The position numbers and the translations under genes were made by a program. A stretch of 63,982 bases of DNA, counting the filler, from Stramenopiles sp. TOSAG23-2 (Eukaryota), in the NCBI GenBank assembly GCA_900128395.1. It is 7 parts of 7 records of this genome, joined end to end, with 100 filler letters (N's around TTAATTAATTAA, not from the genome) between each part and the next. Parts side by side here need not be neighbours in the genome. Positions count along the whole stretch, not along the records: positions 18,794 to 28,076 come from LT650111.1; positions 28,177 to 37,450 come from LT650112.1; 5 more parts are not named here. One strand, written 5' to 3'. The notes beneath the pieces are model-generated. The model ran no database searches. It saw nothing but the letters and a program-made list of their open reading frames with translations, and had not been told where the DNA came from. Positions 20,127 to 33,506 of the stretch are shown here, one piece after another (position 1 is the first letter of the stretch; every line of letters begins with the position of its first letter).

Positions 20127-23100
20127 ATGCATAAGAATATGGGAAACAAAAGAGAATTACCATTGACATTTTTTTTTCATTCTTTTGCATCATCATCAAT
20201 TATCAATAATATTATGACCAAAATGATAATAATAACAATGACAGCAATTATAATAACGGCTGAGGATGTAAAATATGAAAAAGAAGATGATTGCTATAAA
20301 TATTTAGATTGTTATGAATGTACTGCTAAAAAGTATTGTGGATGGTGTATGATTGATAAAAGTTCAATAACTGGTAGTCCATGTTTTTCCTTGAAAAATC
20401 TTTTATCAGAAAAGTCAGAATGTCCTGCATTAGTTTTTTCACCTTTTTTTAAAGATACAGAAACTAGTTATAATTCTATAGACGGTTCTTCTACTTTTAC
20501 AACGCGTAAACCATTAACATGCGATGAATCAAATGCTTTATTACCAACAACATACGTTGCCCCAGATATACCAAGAGATCGTTATATTGTAGAATTACAT
20601 GGGCCAAAACTTGGACAACCTTAACATGCGATGAATCAAATGCTTTATTACCAACAACATACGTTGCCCCAGATATACCAAGAGATCGTTATATTGTAGA
20701 ATTACATGGGCCAAAACTTGGACAACCTGTGCCGCAGCATGTAGCATTAATCTTTAATATATATACAGGTTCCTTTTTTATTCCTGCAAATGCAAATGTG
20801 AAAGAGATTCAAAATATGCATTTATGTTATAATATTTCTTTGATAAAAAAAAATGAAAATCATTATCATCATCATGGAAATGTTACTACTAGTATTAACA
20901 ACAATGTAAACAAATGTATATTTTTTAAGGAAGTACAAGGTATAAAAACTCATTTAACATCACATCTTGGGCTTTATACAATATGGTATTGGGTCATTGA
21001 TATAGAAAAAAATGGAGAAATAATTCAACCACCAATAATATCTATTTTTACTCGCTGGCCAACACGTTTATTGGAAGCTGGAATATATTTACCTACCAAT
21101 GAATCAAATCGTTTTCCAAATGGTAAGTATTCCCCCTCCCTGATTTTCTTATATATATATATATATCATCAAATTATTTTATATATATACTAACAACACA
21201 CAATACTCTCTTTATATTTTTCGTTGGATATTATTGTCAATATACATCTTCAACAACTCACCAATGAATCAAATCGTTTTCCAAATGGTAAGTATTCCCC
21301 CTCCCTGATTTTCTTATATATATATATATATCATCAAATTATTTTATATATATACTAACAACACACAATACTCTCTTTATATTTTTCGTTGGATATTATT
21401 GTCAATATACATCTTCAACAACTCCAATTCGCTTTGATTGTATTATATATCAGGTACTACTACACAACGTGAATTATTAAAAATCAATAAAGAACAAAAT
21501 TCAATTAATAATTATATTGAAACTTTTATATATCATGAACATAAGATACCATATATTATACATCAAATATGGGCTTTGATTGTATTATATATCAGGTACT
21601 ACTACACAACGTGAATTATTAAAAATCAATAAAGAACAAAATTCAATTAATAATTATATTGAAACTTTTATATATCATGAACATAAGATACCATATATTA
21701 TACATCAAATATGGACAGGTGGTTTGGAAGAATTAATTAAATTTCAAAATGATTTACCATCTACAAATAAACGCCATCATTTTTTAAAATGGTCAAAAAC
21801 ATGGCCTAAATTACATCCAACATGGAAATATTATCTATGGGATCTTCGTTCAATGCGTGAATTTATTGAAATCAATTATATTTTTTTTTTAGATGATTAT
21901 GATGGTTTTGATATGGATATTAAACGTACTGATTTTTTCCGCATTTTAATTTTATTTCATATGGGTGGTATTTATATTGACATTGATTTTGAAGCATTAA
22001 TTTCAATGGAAAATAGTTTAATATCTTCTGATAAATTTGATATTTATTTAGCGGAACATGTTACAAATTATGAAAAAAATGGAATCAAAGGAGAATGGCC
22101 CAATGCATGGATGGCATCTATTAAAAACCATCCATTATGGTGGTTTCTATTAGTAGAATACATACGGCGAAAAAATAAGCAACCACACGGATATGTAACA
22201 GATATTACAGGACCCCACGCATTTACAGAAGTGATTCAATATTATAGGTATCGATATCCAAGTATTTTGCTACATTCGTTTAAACCGATTAAATTTTATC
22301 CAGTTATACCATTAAATAAAACATCGATGAAATTGGATTCAATATGCATTGCATCTGATTCATGCAAGGAAATGTATCCAGAATCAATAGCAACACATCA
22401 TTACGCGGCTACATGGATACCGTTGGTAAATGATAACGTTGCATTTTTGAAAAATTTTCGTATTGCATATGATATTTACGATACGGAAAAAAACAAAACG
22501 ATTGCTAATAGTTCCTATGTCATGGATTACAAATGGATTGTTAAATACATGCGTAATGCATATGAATATTGTACTACTTGTCGTATACCGTATGAGAAAA
22601 ATAGTACAATATCTCAACATTTACATTCAATACTTACTGGGAAAGTTGATCGTAAATATTTGAAAACAATTTTGCTACCAGCAATACTTGCAAAACGGCG
22701 ACATTTTTCATCTATACGGATTTTATCAATTGGTGTTGCCTTATATACAATGCAATATGTCAACATTTACATTCAATACTTACTGGGAAAGTTGATCGTA
22801 AATATTTGAAAACAATTTTGCTACCAGCAATACTTGCAAAACGGCGACATTTTTCATCTATACGGATTTTATCAATTGGTGTTGCCTTATATACAATGCA
22901 ATATGAATATGATATAAAATCCATGTTTACCAATAAAGATGCAGTGGAATATATTACGCTGGAAATAGATCCAAAATTATCTCTATTAGGTAGTACGGAT
23001 AGACATGTTATTGGAGATGCAACAAAATTATCTGAATATTTTAAACCCAATTCTATCGATGTTGTCTTGATAAATGGCGTTCTTGGTTGGGGGAATATAT

Positions 23101-24775
23101 TACGCTGGAAATAGATCCAAAATTATCTCTATTAGGTAGTACGGATAGACATGTTATTGGAGATGCAACAAAATTATCTGAATATTTTAAACCCAATTCT
23201 ATCGATGTTGTCTTGATAAATGGCGTTCTTGGTTGGGGTGGAGATAAAAAATACCAAACAAAAGAGGAAGTGCAGGCAAATGATCTAACCGTGAAAGTGA
23301 TTTTGGAATCGGAAAAAATTTTAAAGGAAAATGGTATTTTATTGTTAGGTAGAAATTCGCGACATTATTTCACTACGTTAAGCAAGATCATACCAATTTT
23401 CCATCCAATTACATTATCAAATAACCAAATTCCATCCAGACGCAGTTTTTACTATAGTGATAACAGTGATCATTTTTACGACGTTTTACAAAAAAATCAG
23501 TTCGCTTCCATGGCAAAAGTTCCTAATGAAATCAGTCTATTTAACAGTTTATATGGAAACGTACATCATGGTGTCCTTATGAACACTATGTGTAGTGTAA
23601 ACCATTTAATTGTAGCCAATCGAGCCGTCGATGTATTGTTATTTGCTGGAAGAACGATGTTGAAAACAAGTGGTTGCTGGGTCATTATTATTTTATCAAA
23701 TGATAGTATAGTCGAATCAACATTGACATTGATGGGTTTGGGTTTAAATACAGGATCGCGTATTATGTTTTTAAATTGGGAACAAGGAAATTATGATGTA
23801 GTCCCATCATGCCATACAACTGATTGCATTCCAGCAATAAAAGATGCAAATAAAATGAAGATTTTGTCGAATATTGTTAAAGATGAACGATGGAATACTA
23901 TACATACACATAATGTGTATGGGGAAAATGGTGATTTGCAAAAAATATGGACTTATCAAACTATATTTAAAATATTAACCAAGGAAAAAAAAGATTTTGT
24001 CGAATATTGTTAAAGATGAACGATGGAATACTATACATACACATAATGTGTATGGGGAAAATGGTGATTTGCAAAAAATATGGACTTATCAAACTATATT
24101 TAAAATATTAACCAAGGAAAAAAAACAAAAAGAAAAATTACATGTATTTGTACATTTTAATAAGGAAAATAACATTGGTAATGATGGTAATACTATAGGA
24201 TACAATAATATAAACAAAGTTAACGATATAAATAGTAGACATATCAATCTACAATATAAGGAAAGATTTTGTCGAATATTGTTAAAGATGAACGATGGAA
24301 TACTATACATACACATAATATGTATGGGGAAAATGGTGATTTGCAAAAAATATGGACTTATCAAACTATATTAAAAATATTAACCAACGAAAAAAAACAA
24401 AAAGAAAAATTACATGTATTTGTACATTTTAATAAGGAAAGCAACCTTGGTAATGATGGTAGTAATATAGGGTACAATAATATAAACAAAGTTAACGATA
24501 TAAATAGTAGACATATCAATCTACAATATAAGGAAATGATTTCTGCATTTACATCTACACCAGATGTCGATTTATTGAAAGAATCATATAATTTAAGTTG
24601 GGATGATATTGATTACAATCAATATCAAACATTGCCATATATAAAATTTTTGTCATATGTTGAAAAGAACAAGGATAATTCAAATGATGTATTATTAACA
24701 AATTGCGTAGATTTAGTCGGAGGTTTATCAAAATTACAAGAATCTACATGTGTAGAAAAAATTGTTAGCCTTTGA
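20127..24775 (+). CDS. Multidomain glycan-modifying protein (PSI-like Cys domain, GT32-type DXD glycosyltransferase, methyltransferase-like, C-terminal deacetylase-like region); fragmented by an intron and tandem duplications
   Basis: CYECTAKKYCGWC; IPYIIHQIW and GGIYIDID; DVVLINGVLGWG; THNVYGENG. GTAAGT donor at 21123 with CAG acceptor at 21453 (duplicated at 21595). The ORF pieces overlap by duplicated peptides. Confidence 0.75.
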
Positions 24776-25802
24776 GTAAAAAATATTTTTAGAGTACTTC
24801 GTATATATTTTCGTAATTTTTTAATACACCTGTACATTTATAAAATTTTACGTATTAACTATTTTTTTTTATCACAAGAACATACCTTTTTCTTAAAACG
24901 AAATATGTGCTCAACACACTAATCTCTCTTCTACAACGCTCCATTTTACATTAAATAAAACACACACCACGTGAAAAATAGAACCGCGCCTATGAGTGAC
25001 TTAAATAAAATACCAAATTTAGTCGGAGGTTTATCAAAATTACAAGAATCTACATGTGTAGAAAAAATTGTTGGCCTTTGAGTAAAAAATATTTTTATTA
25101 GAGAGTATATATTTTCGTAATTTTTTAATACACCCTGTACATTTATAAAATTTTATAACACACACTATTTTTTTTTATCACAAGAACATGTACCTTTTTC
25201 TTAAAACGAAATACGGTATACATCACACTAATCTCTCTTCTACAACGCCCCGTTTTACATGTCTAAATAACAAAATTATACACACCACGTGAAAAATAGA
25301 ACCGCGCCTATGAGTGACTTAAATAAAATACCAAAATATTAAATTAACCAGACAATTTATGACAACACACTTTTATACAATACACCTAGTCATACATTAA
25401 TGATTTTAAACATCATATCATATATCATAAACATTTTTTAATATGGTATATATATATATATCGTTTTAACTTTTTTTTGGATCGAAAAAATAGAACCGCG
25501 CCTATGAGTGACTTAAATAAAATACCAAAATATTAAATTAACCAGACAATTTATGACAACACACTTTTATACAATACACCTAGTCATACATTAATGATTT
25601 TAAACATCATATCATATATCATAAACATTTTTTAATATGGTATATATATATATATCGTTTTAACTTTTTTTTGGATCGACTAATAATAAAGGATCGTTAT
25701 GTTCATATGGTTTAAAATCATAATATAAAACAATTTCTTCTGGTTCATTTAATTCACTTTTTGGTGAACCTTCTACTCCAAGCTCTTCTAAACTTTATCG
25801 TT

Positions 25803-26246
25803 TTAACTTTTTTTTGGATCGACTAATAATAAAGGATCGTTATGTTCATATGGTTTAAAATCATAATATAAAACAATTTCTTCTGGTTCATTTAATTCAC
25901 TTTTTGGTGAACCTTCTACTCCAAGCTCTTCTAAACTTGCCATGTCATTTGTCAATTCAGTTTGCGGAGAAACTGTACCTAAATAAACTTTTAAATTAGT
26001 AACTCTTCCATGCCTTTCTTTAATTTTACGTTTAATTGTAAATAATCGTGTTTTCTCCACATTGCATCCTTTTAATTCAAAATCTAAAAATATCCAATTG
26101 ATTAATTTTAATTGACAATTTACAAAACGATCTACTTTTTCAGCAATTGTTATTTCTATCCCTCCAAGTGAATCACCAATTCCACCGGTGGATACTTTTT
26201 TTTTCTTTTTAACTTTCTTTTTCTTGACACCTTTTTTTTTTGGCAT
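25803..26246 (-). CDS. Small protein with Lys-rich N-terminus and ubiquitin-like fold
   Basis: TIKRKIKERHG...SLEELGV resembles the ubiquitin-like pattern; the 3' end is duplicated at ~25654-25793. Confidence 0.55.
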   Translation of the reverse strand: MPKKKGVKKKKVKKKKKVSTGGIGDSLGGIEITIAEKVDRFVNCQLKLINWIFLDFELKGCNVEKTRLFTIKRKIKERHGRVTNLKVYLGTVSPQTELTNDMASLEELGVEGSPKSELNEPEEIVLYYDFKPYEHNDPLLLVDPKKS

Positions 26247-27167
26247 TGTTTTTTTCTGTTGTTATATGTCGCTAGCCAGTTTCAGTAATTTATGCTTTTG
26301 TTAATCGTATATTGTTAACAAATATTACCTTTTATCAATTGTATATATATTTTATTAATTAACATTAAAATGTGTGTCTTTATTTACATGTTGTTGTCCA
26401 TTTGTGTGTGTTTCAACAGATAATGTTAACAAATATTACCTTTTATCAATTGTATATATATTTTATTAATTAACATTAAAATGTGTGTCTTTATTTACAT
26501 GTTGTTGTCCATTTGTGTGTGTTTCAACAGATAAAATATCATAATTATAATCCAATAAAACGTCTCAGCAGCAGTGAGATTAATATAATTCCCCCTATCA
26601 AATAACAATAAGTTATACTTGAAAGCGAAATTAGAATACTAGAAAGGAGTGCCAGTCGTTTAATATAAAAACAGTGCTATTCAATGCTATTCTAACACAA
26701 TTTTTTTACAATATTTCAAACGACTAAGCAAGTACATTATTTGTTGCAGTGTGCTCCAATTTTGAAATTTATGTGTTATATATATCAGATACAATATCAT
26801 TTTGTATAAAGTTTTGTATATCAGATAAAATATTATTATTATTATTATTTATTATTACAAAAAGTATTAGCCCAAGGATGTAATCTATTATATATATTGT
26901 GTTTGTTAATTTGAAATATACAATCATTTGCATTTAATGTGTTTAGTTTTTCTACAAGATACAAAATAATGGATTGACTGACATTGCTGAAAGCTGCTGC
27001 TGCTGGATAGTTGGTTTTCAATCTTCTGAAATTTATAAAAATTGTATTACCATCAACAATAAAATTACATTTTCGTAATTGGAGAACCCTGCATCCTCTG
27101 TTTATATTATAAGTTACAAATTTTACATCAATGCAATTGTCCCCATTTGCATTGCAAATACATGCCT

Positions 27168-27660
27168 GAGATCACCACTAATACAAATTTAACAAAAATC
27201 ACAACAATATCAATGTTATATAGATAAAGTTGCAACCGAATTATTAACTAATAATTGATACAAAATAAATATAAAAATGGTATTGCACAATATTGATATT
27301 AAATATGTTATAAGAAGAAGAATCTACAAACACGTATTTTGTTGGAGAGGGAGAGGTGAGTCAATATGTGGAAGATCTTGTAAAAGATGTATATATTTCC
27401 GATGTGTACGATTCGATGCAATGGATATTGGCGCTGGTATCGTATCTATGCGTGATGTAGCTTTGAGCAGTGATTACAACGGTATAATACGTGTTTGTAG
27501 ATTCTTCTTCTTATAACATATTTAATATCAATATTGTGCAATACCATTTTTATATTTATTTTGTATCAATTATTAGTTAATAATTCGGTTGCAACTTTAT
27601 CTATATAACATTGATATTGTTGTGATTTTCGTTAAATGTGTATTAAATAGTGGTGATCTC
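27168..27660. repeat. Fold-back element: ~170-bp inverted arms with ~147-bp spacer (MITE-like)
   Basis: 27168-27338 vs 27486-27660; the inner part is identical and the outer ~35 bp has mismatches and a small indel. Confidence 0.85.
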
Positions 27661-28013
27661 CACTTAAAATCAAGTGATAGCTGGATAGCATTACAATGAA
27701 GAACCTTTGGCCATTTTTCATGTTCTAAATAGGGTTGTTACTACCAGACTACAGAGGCTACACAAAAAAGCAAATTAATATATATATTTTCTATCTTTTT
27801 GAATATGAATAATAATAAAATAGATTTATATAGATAGACAGATAGATGTTATACATGTGTTATTATATATACAGATATTCAGTATATGATACAAAAAAAA
27901 GAAGAGAGAACATCAACTTTCATTATCATTTTCATATAATACATATCATATCTATAAATATATCATATACCTATAAACATATATATATATACATATATAA
28001 ATCAATATCCACC

Positions 28014-28076
28014 ATGTTAACTGCAATTGCAAGATCAACTACAAAATTATTACGACGTAGTTATACAAATCAAATG
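28014..28076 (+). CDS. 5' end of a gene with a mitochondrial-type transit peptide, cut by the contig end
   Basis: ACCATG start; MLTAIARSTTKLLRRSYTNQM is rich in R/S/T/L with no acidic residues. Confidence 0.55.
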
Positions 28077-28176
28077 NNNNNNNNNNNNNNNNNNNNNNNN
28101 NNNNNNNNNNNNNNNNNNNNTTAATTAATTAANNNNNNNNNNNNNNNNNNNNNNNNNNNNNNNNNNNNNNNNNNNN

Positions 28177-30266
28177 TTGTTGATTTTGAGGATTTCGAAG
28201 ATGATTGTTTAATTTGCAATTCATGCATATTAATAGTGCGTTGCCTCCTTGCTTCACGTTCATTACGATAATTATTTGCTGCATCACCATTTGATATTGA
28301 TGGTGGTTTTGGTTTTGATGCTTTTTTTTTGATAATTTCATCATTATCATCATGTTGACGGTTCATATTTAATTTCATCATTTCCTTTGTTCTTTTTTCT
28401 ATATTATCATTTATTTTCCTTGCTTTGAAATGTTTTCGTTTTAATTTATGTAATTCAATCGTTGCGTTATTTGGTTTAATCGTTCCCCATAAACAATATT
28501 TTAACATCGTATCACGATAAATATACAATATATATAATGGATGATCTTTATAATCATCCAATGTATTGTTTTCACCCGTTGTTCGTTTTGCTTTTTGTTT
28601 TGCTAATAATAACGGTGGTGAATAATTCAATGTCAAACCATTGCATATAAAATCAATAAATTCATTACGATATAATGTTATATTATCTTCTTTATTATCT
28701 TGCCTTAGGGCTTGCTCTTGCTTATTTTTCTTTTTTTTCATTTCTACAATACAATCTTGAAAAAAATTGATATTTTTATTATCATTTAAAAATATATCTT
28801 TCATGATTTTTGGCATTTTAATATTATTATTATTTTTTTTCACACTATTACTACGACAATTATATAATATGTCTTGATTGATAATATCATATGATTTCAT
28901 AATCATAGTTTTAAAAATGTTTGCATCGATAAAACCATTTTTATTTATATCAAATGCATTCCATATGTAATATAAAGAATGCATAAATGATGAACGTTTA
29001 CGATTGATTTCATTGTATACAATAGATAAAATACCATCATTTATCATAGAGGTAACATTCTTATCATCGGTCGTTCTCTTTGTTGTTTGACTTCTTGATT
29101 GATAATATCATATGATTTCATAATCATAGTTTTAAAAATGTTTGCATCGATAAAACCATTTTTATTTATATCAAATGCATTCCATATGTAATATAAAGAA
29201 TGTATAAATGATGAACGTTTACGATTGATTTCATTGTATACAATAGATAAAATACCATCATTTATCATAGAGGTAACATTCTTATCATCGGTCGTTCTCT
29301 TTGTTGTTTGACTATTCGTAATAGTATTATTACTTTGTTTATATTTAAACATTAAAAAGTATACAATAGATAAAATACCATCATTTATCATAGAGGTAAC
29401 ATTCTTATCATCGGTCGTTCTCTTTGTTGTTTGACTATTCGTAATAGTATTATTACTTTGTTTATATTTAAACATTAAAAATGTATTAATTTGTATTTGA
29501 CGTTTATTAATAATTGTATTTTTACAACCATTTATTAACAATTGCCAGAGTTGTCGAGTATTGATAGTAGGAGGTACTACTATTGTTGTTGTTTTCTTCG
29601 CTTTGTTCTTAATATTATTTCTAGTATTATTATTTTTCCTCATCATTGTCGTTATCGAAAGAAATAATTCTCGTATATCATGTTTTAATACATCTATTGC
29701 ATTATCACCATAAATGCATTTTTTGCATTGTTTTGTTGCTGTTGTTTGATATGTTAATGGTGTATACATGAAATATAATATAATCGATTCAAATGTTTTA
29801 TAATCAACATATGAATAATCAATCAACATGTCATGACCATCTTTTGAATTATTTTTATATATAAAATAATTTATCACATGAAACATTAAATATCCATCTT
29901 TTCCATTCATTTTTATTAATTCAGTTTCAATTAATGTTAAAATATTGTTTACTAGAGTTTGATTTGTAATACTATTATTATTATTATTATTAATATCATT
30001 TCTCTTTGCCGGTGCGCTAGGTGCACTGTATTCGAACAGGTATAATGTTGAAATGTTGCAATGTTGCAATAGTATAATACTAGTAGTACCCATATAAAAT
30101 ATATAAAAATGCAAATCCAATAGCCGCCCATGCGCCCCGGGATAGAACCTAATAGGTAGTAGGTACATAGTATAATACTAGTAGTACCCATATAAAATAT
30201 ATAAAAATGCAAATCCAATAGCCGCCCATGCGCCCCGGGATAGAACCTAATAGGTAGTAGGTACAT
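28177..30266 (-). CDS. Asn/Lys-rich protein with EF-hand-like loop, broken by tandem duplications, 3'-incomplete
   Basis: ORFs 29044-30168 and 28121-29047 share duplicated peptides; FDINKNGFID loop. True start uncertain. Confidence 0.5.
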
Positions 30267-30541
30267 ATGTTATAATGTAAGAGTATATAGGCGGCTAAAT
30301 ATGGAAGGAGTTGTTACAAATGCCACTGCTCCAATGATAATCCCATATTAAAGACAAATACAATGCTATTGCATGCTAAGTCATCGCAAAAATGTTCACT
30401 GCTCCAGTGATAATCCCATATTAAAGACAAATACAATGCTATTACATGCTAAGTCATACCATAAGATTATATACAAAAAATTTTCAAATTTTTCTAATAA
30501 CTTCGAAACCAAAGTTAGGTCATCCTAATTTTCAAGTATTT

Positions 30542-30612
30542 ACGATATTGGTGTAGTGGTAACATTAGCGCTTCCCAAGCGCTAACCGCGGTTTCGATTA
30601 CCGCATATCGTA
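30542..30612 (+). tRNA. trnG-CCC: tRNA-Gly(CCC), 71 nt
   Basis: Cloverleaf: ACGATAT/ATATCGT, GTGT/ACAT, AGCGC-TTCCCAA-GCGCT, GCGGT-TTCGATT-ACCGC; a T-run Pol III terminator follows. Confidence 0.92.
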
Positions 30613-31010
30613 CTCTCTTTTTTGCCTCACCATTCTACTATTGCTGCATTTGTTGGTTGTTGGAATAGCCGGGAAAGGCTAGCTAGCTACTCCTTGAACT
30701 AATGACGAAGTTTGAAAACCACAAAGGAAAGTGATGTGTTGGATTTGTTTTGCTTCTTCAAAAAATTAGATTATTTTTGCCAAAAATTGTCCAACAATTA
30801 GAAAGAATGTTCAAGTAATCATATCTCACATATTTACACAACAGCAATATTTAACAAACATTGAAAAGACATATACAATCCAGACATTGTAAATGTTTAT
30901 TTATAATACAATGAAGTATTGAAAATGTTACATTGTCTCCGAATATCCACAACACAATAATTTGTACTTTATATAGGAAAATTAGAATACCCCGTTATTA
31001 ATATTGCGCA

Positions 31011-31361
31011 ATCAAAAATCAAATGACAATAGCCCTAAGTTGTACTTAAAAGGGAAATTAGAATACTAGCTGCTAAATAAACTCATTTTCATATAGCTTT
31101 TTACAGAGTTTTGGATTTTGGATAGACTTTCAGACTTTCAGACAAAAAATAACACTGATTACAATGGTATTAATAATCCGCCGACGCCGTTGCAGGAAAG
31201 CAGCAAGTAGTAAAGTTGCAACGACACACAACAAAACAACAACAACATAAAAAACAACACGAAAACAACACTACTACTAAAAAAACTAACAACTTAGTCA
31301 TCAAAAAATACGAAAAAAATTCTTTTACAATACTACACACCAATCACTCTACAGGACTCTC
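31011..31361. repeat. 351-bp segment repeated in inverted orientation at 37100-37450 (contig end)
   Basis: ATCAAAAATC...ACAGGACTCTC matches the reverse complement of 37100-37450. Confidence 0.9.
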
Positions 31362-31395
31362 ATTTTACACACCAACAACAAACAAACAAACAAAG

Positions 31396-33078
31396 ATGGC
31401 AACTGTTGCCACACATGATGTAGTAACTTACCTCCAAAAACGTGGTAAAAAAATCATTGCAAATCAACAAATATTAGAACAACAACAACTACGTTATTAC
31501 AGAGAATTATTTAATTATTTAGACTGTGATGGTAGTGGTGAATTGGAAATACCGGAAATAATACATACCTTGAAAGAACTAAACATGAAAGAAGAAGCAA
31601 ATACAATAAAAAAAACATTTAAAATGATGGATGCAGATCGTAGTGGTGCTATATCATTTCATGAATTTTTAACTATTATGACATCTAATGATGTTGAAAA
31701 AATATTTGGACATAAAACAATATCGTAAGTTTTTTTTTGTTTTTTTTTCACACGACATCTATAATATAACATTACGACTTGCCAACCATACACCATATAC
31801 ATATACATTAATAAACTAACAAAACACACACACATTTATAGAGACCAAGAAAAAATTTCAAACGATGATTTAGATGTTGGTAATAAATTAAGCGATGAAA
31901 GTATTGAAAATTTAGCAATGGAAACACACACACATTTATAGAGACCAAGAAAAAATTTCAAACGATGATTTAGATGTTGGTAATAAATTAAGCGATGAAA
32001 GTATTGAAAATTTAGCAATGGAAGATAACAACACAAATAAATCATTATCAATATTAATATTTGCTATATCATATCGACGACAAAATTTACATAAAATTAT
32101 TAACAATAAAAAATTATATGGTATGGATAAATATAAAGCATTTAGTCAATTATTTGATGTACCACCATTGCCACAAAACAAAGCAAATAAAATATTAGAA
32201 CAATTACAAAGAAGGTTTAAGCGTAAACATGAACATTTTAATACATTTCGCGAAATTATTAAAGGCAAACAATTAACTGGGGAAGAATATATTGATTTCA
32301 TAATAAATAAACAACAACATATACATCATAATCATCATCATCGACGTAATTATTTACAACAACAAGAACAATTATATGGTCCATCGTCTGTATATTTAAA
32401 TTCACCAACAACTTCACCAATACATAAATATCATATAAATAAAACAAGTAAATATAAAAACAATGATGTTGTCCATATACATACCAACATGTTATTACCA
32501 CATGATTGTACATTAAAATGTGGTGAAATCATATTACCAGGACGTAATCATAAATGTTTACAAAAACGAAATGTGAAAAAAGAATTAAATTTATTACAAA
32601 AAGCAAAACAAGATGGTTATAATAGTTTACGACAAAATTATTATGCTCAGACTAATAATAATAATAATAATTACACGGAGAGTAAGAATTATCATGATAT
32701 AAAACACGATGTGGTTATAATAGTTTACGACAAAATTATTATGCTCAGACTAATAATAATAATAATAATTACACGGAGAGTAAGAATTATCATGATATAA
32801 AACACGATGTAGAAAAAAGGATGAAGCCACAGCGACCGTCATCATTAGTATCGATGAAACATAAACATATGTATGGTGGTAGAAGAAGAAAAATGAATAA
32901 TCAACATAATAAATTGACAAATAATCGATTGTATCATAGTCGTAATAATACTAGCGCTAGTTGTCAACAAAGAGGTAGACGACGTGTTGTATATAATAAA
33001 AAGCAAGAAAATATGCATAAAATGATACAAAATTTTAGAAATATCCATAGTGTAAAGAAACGGACGGATGGTGTTTGA
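31396..33078 (+). CDS. EF-hand calcium-binding protein with one intron (31725-31841); broken by two tandem duplications
   Basis: DCDGSGELEIPE and DADRSGAISFHE loops; GTAAGT donor, ACTAAC branch site and TAG acceptor. Confidence 0.8.
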
Positions 33079-33506
33079 CGTTTTTGTTGTTGTTTCTTTT
33101 TTGGAGAGGGATAGGGGGGAGGATATTGAAAGTTCATTAGAGAGAGATATTGTGAGAGTGTGCGAAAAGGATTTCGGGAGAATCTCTGAGAAATCTAAAT
33201 TTTGGAACTGTCAAATAAAATTTTATACGACTTCGTACTTTGTAACTCGTGTAGCTAATTGCCATATATTTAATAAATTCTCTAAAAATACACGTGTTGC
33301 GCTTTTCGTAATTTTCGTTTTTTAACTCCCACACAATTTTCAACTCTCTTTCACAACAGATCACACAACCCGCACTCTGTGTAATCATCACACTCATCAT
33401 ACACCACCAAACACTTTCAAAACAGCTTTCTTCAACCTCTTACACTACACATTTCCTCTCATACATTATTTATACTACTTCTTCTGGTTCGAATTATCTT
33501 CACAAA

